Assembly (NCBI GenBank): GCA_050173015.1
Contig: JBFXLE010000008.1
Coordinates: 64,584 to 128,583, forward strand
From: Calditrichaceae bacterium
GTDB taxonomy: Bacteria > Calditrichota > Calditrichia > Calditrichales > JBFXGD01
Reading direction: 5' to 3'
Length of the DNA: 64,000 nucleotides
The position numbers and the translations under genes are program-made. A model generated the notes under the pieces. That model searched no databases, had not been told where the DNA came from, and saw only the letters and a program-made list of their open reading frames with translations. Of this stretch, positions 1 to 9,864 are shown piece after piece; the first letter of the stretch is position 1, and the number at the start of each line of letters is the position of its first letter.

Positions 1-573
1 TTTTGTATGCAGAAAATTTTCGAACACAGCAGCCTGATTTAACTTTTGAAGTATCCTTTGTTTTTGTTCGATGGAAAAATCAGGTCGGTTACGTGTTGAT
101 TCAAATTTTTCCTGCAACCATTTCACTCTTTCAGGCTTGCGTATAAAAGCGTACTCCGCGCCGATTGATTTGCAGTACGTTTCTTCCAAATGATCAATGA
201 TTTGTCTCAAAGTTGCCGGCCCGATACCGATTTCTGTGCCCGCCTGAAATACGGTTTCTAAATCATTTTCAATCAGGTTGAAATTTTCAATGGCCAGAGT
301 AGGGCTGTATTTACGGCGATTTCGTACAGGATTTGTTTTTGTAAAAAAATGCCCCCTTGTTCTGTAACCGTTAATCAGGTTCAAAACAGCTAACTCTTTT
401 TGACTGGATTGGGGCAGGCTCTCACCCGGGGCGTTATTAAGTTTAGCGAATTCAAATCCGTCAAAAAATTTGCGCCAGCTTTCTTCCACTGACTCAGGAT
501 TCTGTTTGTATTCCCTGTATAACTGATCAATATATTCCGGGTGCGCGTTATCGATATATGAGTAATTATCCAT
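1..573 (-). CDS. sucA: 2-oxoglutarate dehydrogenase E1 component, N-terminal part (runs off window)
   Basis: Not in ORF track. Manual translation from ATG at 573 gives MDNYSYIDNAHPEYIDQLYREYKQNPESVEESWRKFFDGFEF...VLNLINGYRTRGHFFTKTNP, the typical SucA N-terminus. Confidence 0.92.
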   Translation of the reverse strand, partial: MDNYSYIDNAHPEYIDQLYREYKQNPESVEESWRKFFDGFEFAKLNNAPGESLPQSSQKELAVLNLINGYRTRGHFFTKTNPVRNRRKYSPTLAIENFNLIENDLETVFQAGTEIGIGPATLRQIIDHLEETYCKSIGAEYAFIRKPERVKWLQEKFESTRNRPDFSIEQKQRILQKLNQAAVFENFLHTK

Positions 574-794
574 CGAGTTAAATGTTCCTTCGTTTTATTT
601 GATTTTATAATTGAAGTCCGCCTTCAGATCCGGGCTATTTTTCTGAATGAATAGTATTTCATGATACAACGATTTATCATTTCTAATGTTTCGCTTATTT
701 GATTATGGGTGTTTTGAACCAACTGATGTTATTGTATAAATTCCAAATTCATATACACCAATGCCGAAATACATTCAGGTCTTTGTACATTATG

Positions 795-989
795 CTATTT
801 TTGATGCACAAGAGCAGCGCAAGGTGCATTTTTTGTCACATATTTTTTTAGAAAATCACAATACAACGCAACAAATGTCCTGCAGGAACCGGACCCATCG
901 ATCGCCTCTTTCTCCGGGAATCGGGCATACCGGCATTTAAGATCACACCATTTAATCTTTTTAACATCATCATGATCCGGTAAGCTCAT
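795..989 (-). CDS. Small Cys-rich hypothetical protein (64 aa)
   Basis: Isolated ORF in an otherwise intergenic region, GGAG upstream of the ATG, five Cys (WCDLKC...GSC...LYC...APC). Confidence 0.65.
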   Translation of the reverse strand: MSLPDHDDVKKIKWCDLKCRYARFPEKEAIDGSGSCRTFVALYCDFLKKYVTKNAPCAALVHQK

Positions 990-1090
990 TTATTTAACTC
1001 CGGGAATATAAAATAATATAGATCATAACAGCCATTTATTACAATATAATTCCTTGATTGCGGAAAACAAGAATTTAACTATCAGAACTA

Positions 1091-1119
1091 TTGACAAATG
1101 CCTTTACTCTGAGTATAAT
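1091..1119 (+). promoter_or_regulatory. Consensus sigma70 promoter upstream of yitT-family gene
   Basis: TTGACA (1091-1096), 17-nt spacer, TATAAT (1114-1119), about 40 nt upstream of the ATG at 1161. Confidence 0.8.
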
Positions 1120-1160
1120 GGCCGCTTTGATTACTACTTCAGTTAATACAGGATTAAGCA

Positions 1161-2093
1161 ATGCGAAGAATTTTTAAAAACAGAACCTTCCGGGACTATT
1201 TGTTCATCACGGTCGGCTCAATCTTGATGGCCATCGGAATAGGTGTATTTCTTGTCGACGCGAGAGTTGTCCCGGGAGGCGTGTCGGGATTCGCGATGGC
1301 TCTCCATTATCTTTCGGGAAATCAATTACCCGTGGGATTAATGATCTGGATATTTAATATCCCTCTTTACATCTGGGGATTGAAAGCTCTTGGATCAAGA
1401 TTTGGAGTAAGAACATTTTACGGATTTTCGGTCAATTCCTTCTTTATTGATTTTTTCCGTGGGGATATTCCGGGATTGTCACAATTCGCGTTAAATACAA
1501 CGGATACAATAAAAGATTTGATGCAGAATGATTTTTTGTTTCTGATTCTTATCGGATCGGCTTTGTTGGGTGTCGGACTTGGCCTTGTTTTTAAATTCAA
1601 AGGAACAACCGGTGGATCCGATATTGTCGCCGCGATTTTTCAGAAACGATATGGCGCGAAACCCGGTCAGGTAATTTTGATGATTGATTTTTTGGTAATC
1701 ATTCTCGCCGGACTCATAATTTATTTCAAAGATTTATCTCCCGACCGGCCGGCCATGTCACTCACTTTTTATTCATTTTTTCTGGTGTTTGTCTCGGCCA
1801 GAATAATTGATATTATACTTGACGGGTTTGATTATGCTCGTTCCGCGTATATTATATCGGAAAAACATGATCTGATTGCCGAACAGATCATGGCTAAACT
1901 GAGCAGGGGCGCCACGGCCCTGAAAGGTCGCGGATTATATAAAAATGTTGACCGGGAAATTCTTGTCACGGTCATCACACGCAGGGAAATCGGAATTCTT
2001 GAAGAAATTATCGAAGATATCGACCCTGACGCGTTTGTAATCATCAATACGGTCCATGAAGTACGTGGAGAAGGATTTCGTCGCAGAATTTAG
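1161..2093 (+). CDS. YitT family membrane protein (UPF0750/DUF2179 C-terminus)
   Basis: Multi-TM protein with PGGVSG, GTTGGSDI and C-terminal RGAT...G.G.Y and DPDAFV...V.GEGF motifs. Confidence 0.88.
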   Translation: MRRIFKNRTFRDYLFITVGSILMAIGIGVFLVDARVVPGGVSGFAMALHYLSGNQLPVGLMIWIFNIPLYIWGLKALGSRFGVRTFYGFSVNSFFIDFFRGDIPGLSQFALNTTDTIKDLMQNDFLFLILIGSALLGVGLGLVFKFKGTTGGSDIVAAIFQKRYGAKPGQVILMIDFLVIILAGLIIYFKDLSPDRPAMSLTFYSFFLVFVSARIIDIILDGFDYARSAYIISEKHDLIAEQIMAKLSRGATALKGRGLYKNVDREILVTVITRREIGILEEIIEDIDPDAFVIINTVHEVRGEGFRRRI

Positions 2094-2145
2094 TGTTCAA
2101 GGGATTTCCTTACTATTTATTCAATGAAAAAAAGGCTGGAATTCC

Positions 2146-3099
2146 ATGAAGTCAGGTACCCCGCTACATATCGGAATTGACCTGGGCGGCACCAAAATGG
2201 AAGGCGTCGTATTAATGCCGGGTTTTCAACAATCTGAAAATCTGGATGATTTTGTAATAATCCGCGAACGAATTCCCACTTTTGCGGAAAATGGCTATGA
2301 ATTTATTTTAAACCGGACCGCGAATTATATTTTCGAGCTTGTAAAAGATGCAGGAGCCGAACTAAACCGAACAACTATAGGAATTGGATTACCGGGTGCG
2401 GTATCCAGAACAACCGGGCTGGTTAAAAATTCCAACACAACTTGTCTGATAGGCAAAGACTTCCGTGGTGATCTGCAGAATATATTGCAATACCCTGCCG
2501 GCTTTGAGAATGACGCGAATTGTTTCGCCCTGGCAGAATCGACCTGGGGAGCGGGCAAAGGAAGTGACCTGGTATTTGGAGCGATTATCGGGACGGGGGT
2601 TGGCGGAGGCCTGATTTACAGGGGAGAAATACTTCAGGGAAGACAGAATATTGCCGGGGAATGGGGTCACTCACTTTTAATCCCTGACGGACACGAATGC
2701 TATTGCGGAAAGAAAGGATGTGTGGAAACCTATCTTAGCGGACCGGCTATGGAAAACTATCTTCTAAAACCCGAAGGCATTAATTCCCCGGCGAAAGAAT
2801 TTAATCACCTTTATGACGAGACCAATGATCTCACAAACAGGATTATTGATTCTTATTGTAATTATTTTGGAATAGCTATGGGTAACCTTATAAACATCCT
2901 TGATCCTGATATCATAGTGATTGGCGGGGGTGTCAGCAATTTCCGGTTTTTATATGACAAGGGGATTGACGCTGTAAAGAAGAACGTTTTCAATGATGAA
3001 CTTCTCTCGGAGATTAAGCAGGCGGAATTAGGGGATTCAGCAGGGGTATTTGGAGCTGCCCTGGTTGGTTTGCAACAGGATCAAAAAAAAGGCCGCTGA
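2146..3099 (+). CDS. ROK family sugar kinase (Mak/fructokinase-like)
   Basis: GIDLGGTK, ENDANCFALAE, GTGVGGG, GEWGH and Zn motif CYCGKKGCVE; no N-terminal HTH. Confidence 0.9.
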   Translation: MKSGTPLHIGIDLGGTKMEGVVLMPGFQQSENLDDFVIIRERIPTFAENGYEFILNRTANYIFELVKDAGAELNRTTIGIGLPGAVSRTTGLVKNSNTTCLIGKDFRGDLQNILQYPAGFENDANCFALAESTWGAGKGSDLVFGAIIGTGVGGGLIYRGEILQGRQNIAGEWGHSLLIPDGHECYCGKKGCVETYLSGPAMENYLLKPEGINSPAKEFNHLYDETNDLTNRIIDSYCNYFGIAMGNLINILDPDIIVIGGGVSNFRFLYDKGIDAVKKNVFNDELLSEIKQAELGDSAGVFGAALVGLQQDQKKGR

Positions 3100-3109
3100 T
3101 TAGCGGCCT
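3083..3109 (-). terminator. Intrinsic terminator for the convergent minus-strand operon
   Basis: Hairpin AGGCCGCT-GATT-AGCGGCCT preceded by an A-run on + (U-tract on -); overlaps the ROK stop codon. Confidence 0.7.
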
Positions 3110-3126
3110 CATAAATTTACAATCCT

Positions 3127-4413
3127 TTAAAAAAGCAATTTCATACTCAATGCCGTAAACAGACCATTTGAAGAAGACGGCCACATCGCTTTGTTCATCG
3201 CGTAGGAATAATCAAAGCGGAAATGAGAAAAATTCAAACCGATTCCCATCCCATACAGGAATCCCACTCGTCCTCCGACAGCCATTCCCGTCCTCAGCGG
3301 CAGCCATTTTAGCGGAAAGTACTCTGCACCCACACCGACCCGTGGGGTGGTCGAGTTTCCGAACTCCTCATTCAATCCCTGTTGCCACTCAGCGGTTAGA
3401 GTCAGATTATCAAACATTTGGAATGCCGCCCCCATAGACATTTTTGCCGGTAAGTTGGTTTTGAACGAACCCGCCGAATAAGTCGTATCGACCGAAACAG
3501 AATGATCTTCATCAGAATCCTCATAGACATTAGTGGAATCCGATTCAATGATGACATTCATTTCCGTATTCTTATCCCAATTGATGCTGGCGAGGACATT
3601 TGTAAAACTTAGCGAAAAGGTCCAGACATCATCAAAAACGGCGCTGGCGCCGAGATCAAAACCAAATCCCCCCCCGGAGAATGGTTCTGATTCCGGAGTC
3701 GCGGTCCGGTATTCCATCTGAAGATTTGTTTTTGCGGTTTCTGAATCAATTTTTTCGAGCAAAACATCCGAGGTCAGCGACTGCGCGACGGCAATTCCGA
3801 GATAATAATTGACATTCATGCCGACAGCCAGATCGGAAAATCCGGGAAGATAATCTTCAATATCGATCAGATGCGCGTATCCGAACGACAACTTCATCGC
3901 GGCATAGGCATCCACATCAAAAAAATTGGAATCGTGATACAAATATTCACGGCTGAGATCTTCTCCGAAGAGGACAATTTCAAACGGCTTTTTTGGCATC
4001 GTGGCTTTGCTGCTGCTTATAATCTGACTGCTAAAACCAAACCGGTCATAGGCAATACCAAACAGATTAGTGGTAATATCGGAATATAACTTAAATCCGT
4101 CATCCGGAATTAAATCCAGAATAGCCTCTTTGTCTGAACGGTTCCAGTGGCCGTTATTACCTTCATCCGTAAAATATTCATTATAATCGTTAATCGAAAA
4201 ACTGCTATTGAAAATGGAAGCATTGAGCGAAAAAAGATTTAACTCTAATGTATTCTCCCTTTCCAGCGCGAGATTTGCAGGATTCAACGCCATCGCAGAA
4301 ATACCTCTGCTTAGCGCCATATAGTTTCCCGCCATCCCAAGACTTGCGCCATCAACTCCCTGCCCGAAGACAGTAGAAGCAATTAATATCATTAAAATGA
4401 TTAAATTCTTCAT
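3127..4413 (-). CDS. Outer-membrane beta-barrel protein (DUF5723/PorV/FadL-like)
   Basis: Signal peptide; N-terminal ASLGMAGNYMA...AMALNPANL motif; alternating beta-strand pattern; C-terminal Phe. Confidence 0.7.
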   Translation of the reverse strand: MKNLIILMILIASTVFGQGVDGASLGMAGNYMALSRGISAMALNPANLALERENTLELNLFSLNASIFNSSFSINDYNEYFTDEGNNGHWNRSDKEAILDLIPDDGFKLYSDITTNLFGIAYDRFGFSSQIISSSKATMPKKPFEIVLFGEDLSREYLYHDSNFFDVDAYAAMKLSFGYAHLIDIEDYLPGFSDLAVGMNVNYYLGIAVAQSLTSDVLLEKIDSETAKTNLQMEYRTATPESEPFSGGGFGFDLGASAVFDDVWTFSLSFTNVLASINWDKNTEMNVIIESDSTNVYEDSDEDHSVSVDTTYSAGSFKTNLPAKMSMGAAFQMFDNLTLTAEWQQGLNEEFGNSTTPRVGVGAEYFPLKWLPLRTGMAVGGRVGFLYGMGIGLNFSHFRFDYSYAMNKAMWPSSSNGLFTALSMKLLF

Positions 4414-4429
4414 AACTTTCCTTATTTTA

Positions 4430-6529
4430 TTAATCCTCAGGATCGATCAGAACATCAATATAAAGTACACCGCCGACTATCAGCTCATCATCCTTACGGA
4501 AAGAAACTGACGATTCCGTCGGTTGAACTTCCACCAGGGTGCCTACATAAATCGGATCATACTGAAAGATATCAATCTGTCTTTCAGTCAATTTGATCCG
4601 ATTCGCGCTTTTCACCCGTGTATTCACATACCCGTCCTGATCTGCAACACCCGGTTCGACACTGCTTGAAATGATGACTTTTTTCGATGAATCTGTTATA
4701 ACGTCCGAATAAAAATCAGTCGTATCCGTCGCGATGAACAATCTTACATTGGCCCCCAAAGGAAGTCCGTTGTCCAGGTTTAATTGAGCATCCACATTCG
4801 TAAAATATTTATCAATATCATCGCGCTGATCCCGGTCAAGATCATCCTCGGTAATTAATTCAATTTCACCTTTATACACAATACTATTCTCAATGATGAC
4901 GGAGAGGGGTGATTCAATATAATAATTGACCCAGAATTTATCATCGAGAGACACACTTCCGGCGCCTTCTATTATCGCGCGGCCGGAGACGATGATATCT
5001 GTCGGCAATATGGCCATCAGATCCACAATACTTGGTGAAGTGGATTCTGAATCGATGATTATCGTCGTTTTTGCAGCATTACCCGATGCACCGCGTCCGA
5101 CAACTTCTGTGATATGAATCTGCACCGAATCAGTAATAGTGTTGGTTTCAGCAGCCTTGTGATACCCGGTTATATCCAGTTCAAGAGAAATATCATAATT
5201 AATTTCATTAAACGCGTCTATAGTCAGGATCAGTTTATCCAAAGTGATATTACCGTCCACATTGGCGACGTCAAGCAAATCATTTTCTTCAACCGGTTCG
5301 ATATCAATGATAACCGGTTGGATGCTTCCTTCAAAATATGAGAAATAAATGGAATCTGAAGTAAAATCAACTGTCACTGAATCATCAGAAGTGATTTGGA
5401 CATACCCGCCGCTCTCTTTTGAAACAGCATAAATTTCATAAATTATATTTTCAATCGGCTGGCCTGGATCTTCGTCATGCTGAAATTGGAGATCTTTTAA
5501 GTCCAGCAAGATGTTTGTTTGCTGACCCGCGAGAACTGATTCTACAACCTTCTTCGGATTGTTCTGCTGATCCACAAAATTCGGCAAAGTCAATTCAATA
5601 TCCAGATCCACCGAAAGGTTGTTATTCAGATTGGCGTTTAAGATTCCTTTATCGACCGATGCTATATAGGCGATGTCACCGTCAAGATCCAGTGCAACCG
5701 AATCTCTTTCCGAAATTTCCTGAGATGGCACTATAGCTTCCGCGCTTGAAACCTTCATGTCTGAAATCAGCACTTCGCTATAATAGTGGCTGTCCAGATC
5801 ATCTTGTGTGAGAGTGATAGGACCGCCGGTTCCGGCAATCGGAATAGAATATTCCAGCCGTAATTCGTTCGATATATATTTTCCGGCCAGATCGGATAAA
5901 TCGCTTTCCCCGAACGTGTTCGAAGGAATCGGATCACTAAAAAGTACGGTATCGATCAGTCCTCCATCCGGATCCCCCGAACGAGTATCATCAAATATAG
6001 TGATATACATCCCGCTCTCAATGTCCACAATCAAACTGTTGTAGAATTTAATCTGTAATGAAGCCGAATCGATGGCAACATAATGATAATCATCCATCTC
6101 TACGTACTGTGACGCGGGTTCAAGTGTCAGCGGATCTATTTGGACTGTCTGCCCGGCCGAAAGATTCATATCTGAAAATAATTCAGAAAAAGAAACGTTT
6201 CCGGTTAGTTCAGCCGGCGGAGCGTTAAGATTTACTGTGCCTATTGATTCCGCGTAATGATCATCATCAGGATCGAACGCCATCTCAGCGGGATCTATCT
6301 TTTCGGGTTCCGTAGAATCGGATATACTGATCACAATTATCGAGTCGCCTGTTAACGCGTCAAAACCCGTAACAACCGTAGAATCATTTATTATATCTTC
6401 CATGGTCATATTTTCGGCGGGAAATTCGATCGCCCACTGGCTGTTCCAGGTAGGTAGACTCGGCTCATTAACCGTACAGGCGCTAAAAAAACCCGTCACG
6501 GCTATCACTATTATTAACCTGTTCAGCAT
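4430..6529 (-). CDS. Large acidic, beta-rich hypothetical lipoprotein (699 aa)
   Basis: Lipobox FFSAC after a hydrophobic leader; D/E/I/S-rich; 16 nt from the downstream barrel gene. Confidence 0.7.
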   Translation of the reverse strand: MLNRLIIVIAVTGFFSACTVNEPSLPTWNSQWAIEFPAENMTMEDIINDSTVVTGFDALTGDSIIVISISDSTEPEKIDPAEMAFDPDDDHYAESIGTVNLNAPPAELTGNVSFSELFSDMNLSAGQTVQIDPLTLEPASQYVEMDDYHYVAIDSASLQIKFYNSLIVDIESGMYITIFDDTRSGDPDGGLIDTVLFSDPIPSNTFGESDLSDLAGKYISNELRLEYSIPIAGTGGPITLTQDDLDSHYYSEVLISDMKVSSAEAIVPSQEISERDSVALDLDGDIAYIASVDKGILNANLNNNLSVDLDIELTLPNFVDQQNNPKKVVESVLAGQQTNILLDLKDLQFQHDEDPGQPIENIIYEIYAVSKESGGYVQITSDDSVTVDFTSDSIYFSYFEGSIQPVIIDIEPVEENDLLDVANVDGNITLDKLILTIDAFNEINYDISLELDITGYHKAAETNTITDSVQIHITEVVGRGASGNAAKTTIIIDSESTSPSIVDLMAILPTDIIVSGRAIIEGAGSVSLDDKFWVNYYIESPLSVIIENSIVYKGEIELITEDDLDRDQRDDIDKYFTNVDAQLNLDNGLPLGANVRLFIATDTTDFYSDVITDSSKKVIISSSVEPGVADQDGYVNTRVKSANRIKLTERQIDIFQYDPIYVGTLVEVQPTESSVSFRKDDELIVGGVLYIDVLIDPED

Positions 6530-6673
6530 AAAAATCCTTTCAAATCATTAAATATTAAATAATCGGACATACTTTAATTTATATCGACAAAAAACTTTAA
6601 GGCTTTATCGTTCTGGCTATTTTTATTAATTTCCGGTAGGTTTTAATATTAAAATAGCAGAGAATTCAAAAAA

Positions 6674-7105
6674 GTGAATGACCGCTATCACATTTTCGAT
6701 CATACCGCTGATGCCGGGATTGAAATTTCGGGAAGAACCATCACCGGACTTTTCATCACCGCGGCGGCGGGAATGTACCAAATTATTGGTATCTCCGATG
6801 CCTACAGCGGCACATCTATAACCAGGATGAAATTAATAGAACCGACTACGGAAGATTTACTTGTTTCTTTCCTGAACGAATTAAATTATCTTTTAACGGT
6901 AAGAAATAAAATTTTTTGTCCCATTATGAATCTTACCATCGAACCTATCGGGAATGATTTATTATTAAACGCGTCAGCCGGAACGTATAATTTAAGCCAA
7001 TCAGATTTGTCCGGATTAAAGGAAATAAAATCCGTCACCTACCATCAGCTCCGTATAGTAAGGGAACAAGGTGAATATCATGCACGTGTTATATTTGATA
7101 TTTAA
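6674..7105 (+). CDS. Archease
   Basis: DHTADAGI N-terminal motif, LLVSFLNELNY, EIKSVTYH and C-terminal FDI; adjacent to rtcB. Confidence 0.92.
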   Translation: MNDRYHIFDHTADAGIEISGRTITGLFITAAAGMYQIIGISDAYSGTSITRMKLIEPTTEDLLVSFLNELNYLLTVRNKIFCPIMNLTIEPIGNDLLLNASAGTYNLSQSDLSGLKEIKSVTYHQLRIVREQGEYHARVIFDI

Positions 7106-7119
7106 TTCGGGGGAATGTT

Positions 7120-8574
7120 ATGAAATTTAAAGAATACACCATTAACAAGATAGATGATTTCCTATACGAAATTCCGAGGAGCGGCGATATGCTGCAGCCC
7201 GGCCGAATCTACGCGTCTCCGGCGATGATGGATGATTTAATCCGGGAAAAGGAACCACTCCAGCAGGTAATCAATGTAGCGCACTTGCCCGGGATTGAAA
7301 AATATTCACTTGCCATGCCTGATATTCACTGGGGTTACGGATTTCCAATCGGCGGAGTGGCGGCAACCGACTGGCAGGACGGGGTAATTTCTCCCGGCGG
7401 AGTGGGGTACGATATTAATTGCGGTGTGAGACTCGCATCAACTTCACTTACCTATAACGACATCATAAAGCGCTTGCCTTCGTTGATTGATGAACTTTTC
7501 AGGGTGATTCCGACCGGTCTCGGCTCTTCAAACGCTATAAAAAAGCTAAGTCATTCAGAAATGAAAAAATTGCTGGAACAGGGTGTCGGGTGGATGGTAA
7601 CACAGGGGTACGGTACTGACGACGATATTGAGAATATTGAAGAGCGGGGACATTTGCTCCATGCGGAAGCATCTGCCGTGAGCAACCGGGCTATTGAAAG
7701 GGGCCAGGTTCAGATGGGAACGCTTGGTTCCGGAAATCACTTTCTTGAAGTCGATGTGGTTGATCATATTTATGAAACCGGAGCGGCTGAAACAATGGGA
7801 TTGTTCAAGAACCAGATCGTCGTCTTAATACACACCGGTTCACGCGGGTTTGGCTATCAGGTATGCGATGATTATTTAAAGGTGATGGGAAAAGCGGCGT
7901 CAAAATACCGTTTAAATCTCCCGGACCGGCAGCTGGCGTCGGCTCCGATCCAGAGTCCGGAGGGCAGGCAATATCTGTCCGCGATGGCATGTGCCGCAAA
8001 TTTTGCCTGGTGCAACCGTCAGGTAATAATGGCTCTCGCCGGAAAAGCATTCAAAAAAGTATTCGGCCTGCCGGATGATACATTAAATTTTCGTCTGATT
8101 TATGATGTGTCTCATAATATAGCAAAAAAAGAAATTCATACTATCAACAATGTGGAAAAGCAGGTTTGTGTTCACCGAAAAGGCGCGACAAGGGCTTTTG
8201 CGCCGGAAAATCCGGATATACCCGAACGATACCGCGAAATCGGTCAACCGGTTCTGGTACCTGGTGATATGGGACGCTATTCATTCGTTTGCACAGGCAC
8301 TCATAAAGCCGAATCGGATACATTTGGAAGCACCTGTCATGGAGCGGGCAGGCTGCACAGCAGAAATCAGGCGAAAAGAATGTCCATGGGAAGAAATCTT
8401 ATCAGGGAAATGAGTGATATGGGTGTTCTCGTTCAGGCGCGCGGTAAAGCGACAATCGCCGAGGAAATGCCCTATGCGTATAAAGATGTAGCTGATGTGG
8501 TTAATGTGATGCATCAAAGCGGCATCAGTCTTAAAGTTGCTAAACTAAAGCCGCTTGGCGTTATAAAAGGCTGA
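7120..8574 (+). CDS. rtcB: RtcB RNA ligase (long, archaeal/eukaryote-like form)
   Basis: MPDIHWGYGFPIGGV, GGVGYDINCG, GSGNHFLEV, HTGSRG, SHNIAK, HRKGATRA, HGAGR and C-terminal IKG. Confidence 0.96.
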   Translation: MKFKEYTINKIDDFLYEIPRSGDMLQPGRIYASPAMMDDLIREKEPLQQVINVAHLPGIEKYSLAMPDIHWGYGFPIGGVAATDWQDGVISPGGVGYDINCGVRLASTSLTYNDIIKRLPSLIDELFRVIPTGLGSSNAIKKLSHSEMKKLLEQGVGWMVTQGYGTDDDIENIEERGHLLHAEASAVSNRAIERGQVQMGTLGSGNHFLEVDVVDHIYETGAAETMGLFKNQIVVLIHTGSRGFGYQVCDDYLKVMGKAASKYRLNLPDRQLASAPIQSPEGRQYLSAMACAANFAWCNRQVIMALAGKAFKKVFGLPDDTLNFRLIYDVSHNIAKKEIHTINNVEKQVCVHRKGATRAFAPENPDIPERYREIGQPVLVPGDMGRYSFVCTGTHKAESDTFGSTCHGAGRLHSRNQAKRMSMGRNLIREMSDMGVLVQARGKATIAEEMPYAYKDVADVVNVMHQSGISLKVAKLKPLGVIKG

Positions 8575-8577
8575 ACT

Positions 8578-9099
8578 TCATTGGCTGGATTCCTGACCGA
8601 CGGGAATGACCACCTTGCTGCGTACAATAAATGCTTCTTTGTAACCGTAATCTTTCGCGATTTCCCTGATTCGTTCCGCCTCGTTTCGGTCAATGGCGTT
8701 TCCCACCCTGACTTTATACAGCGGGGCCTCGAATGTGAGATATGTCTTAAACTTCAGTACACCGAACTGATCTGTTGCCTCCTGCTGGACCAGTGTAGCC
8801 GTTTCAATATTCCTGGTGGCCAGTATCTGGACCCGAAAACCATCGACTTCTTTAACCGGCTCCATCGACGGTTGATTGTAACCGGCATCCCGGTCCTGCC
8901 CCGCCTTTATATCCGCCGGAGAAGTGATTTCCCTGTCCCCGACACTAATATCGTCATCGTTGAGGGTAAGAGGATCAAAAGATTCATCAAATTTCCCTTT
9001 CTGAACCTTTTCCTCGGGTATGGATTCTTTGGATGTGGATTTTACGGAAGCACAGCCAAACATCATTATTATAGCCAAAAGTCCTATAATTATTCTCAT
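8578..9099 (-). CDS. SPOR-domain lipoprotein
   Basis: Lipobox MFGC; C-terminal GFRVQILA...YKVRVG...AFIV SPOR pattern. Confidence 0.85.
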   Translation of the reverse strand: MRIIIGLLAIIMMFGCASVKSTSKESIPEEKVQKGKFDESFDPLTLNDDDISVGDREITSPADIKAGQDRDAGYNQPSMEPVKEVDGFRVQILATRNIETATLVQQEATDQFGVLKFKTYLTFEAPLYKVRVGNAIDRNEAERIREIAKDYGYKEAFIVRSKVVIPVGQESSQ

Positions 9100-9108
9100 A
9101 TTTTCCTC

Positions 9109-9864
9109 TTAAATAATTTCAAAATTTTCCCGCTGCAGCCAGCCTGTTTTTCCATCAGCCAGCTTAACTTCAAACCACATCTGGTTTTGCCGCTCAATCC
9201 TCACCTTGGCCCCTTCATGAACTACAAATAATTCAGTTCCGGTATCCGACGGTTCGGCATAAAGTGTCACTGAAGCGTCTAATATAATGCCGTATTTTTC
9301 AGTTTCAAAAATATATATTTTGTTGATCAGAATAAATGAAAACACCATAAAAACCGTTAAAACAACAGCAAAAATGCCCTTAAGTCCTCCATGCCTCCCG
9401 CGGGATCTGTAATAAAGCCGCAATCCGCCAATGATAAGTGACAGCCAAAACAATACACTCACGAGAATCGTCAGCAGACTGATATTGAATAAGTTGAGAA
9501 GAGCCTCCCACCAGGCGGTCAGAAACAAACGCGGCGGATTTTCAATCTGATCCACCAATCTGGCCTGCACGAGTTTTTGATTCTGTTCTAACGCTTCATC
9601 CCCCTTTAAAAATTTTTGGGCGCGTTCATAGGCCAATCTGGCCTTTCCTATTTTCCCAAGGCGATAATACGAATTCCCGATATTGAAATACAGTTCTCCG
9701 CTTTCAAAGCCCTTTTCTAAAATCCTGTCATACACCTCGAGCGCCTGATCAAAATTTCCCTGCTGATACAATTGATTACCCTGGTCGAAATATTGCTGTA
9801 TATCCTGAGCATAACCTGTTGTGAATGAGGTCAGCAGGAGAATAATAAAAAGTTTTTTAATCAT
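9109..9864 (-). CDS. batE: BatE-like TPR + TM + SH3 protein
   Basis: TPR (LYFNIGNSYYR), two TM helices and C-terminal SH3b (HEGAKV...W.EVKL.DGKTGW). Start at 9864 gives a TAATG overlap with batD. Confidence 0.85.
   Translation of the reverse strand: MIKKLFIILLLTSFTTGYAQDIQQYFDQGNQLYQQGNFDQALEVYDRILEKGFESGELYFNIGNSYYRLGKIGKARLAYERAQKFLKGDEALEQNQKLVQARLVDQIENPPRLFLTAWWEALLNLFNISLLTILVSVLFWLSLIIGGLRLYYRSRGRHGGLKGIFAVVLTVFMVFSFILINKIYIFETEKYGIILDASVTLYAEPSDTGTELFVVHEGAKVRIERQNQMWFEVKLADGKTGWLQRENFEII

Noticed and set aside
8581-9231. 216-aa plus-strand ORF
   Set aside because: Antisense shadow of the SPOR and batE genes; no recognisable motifs.
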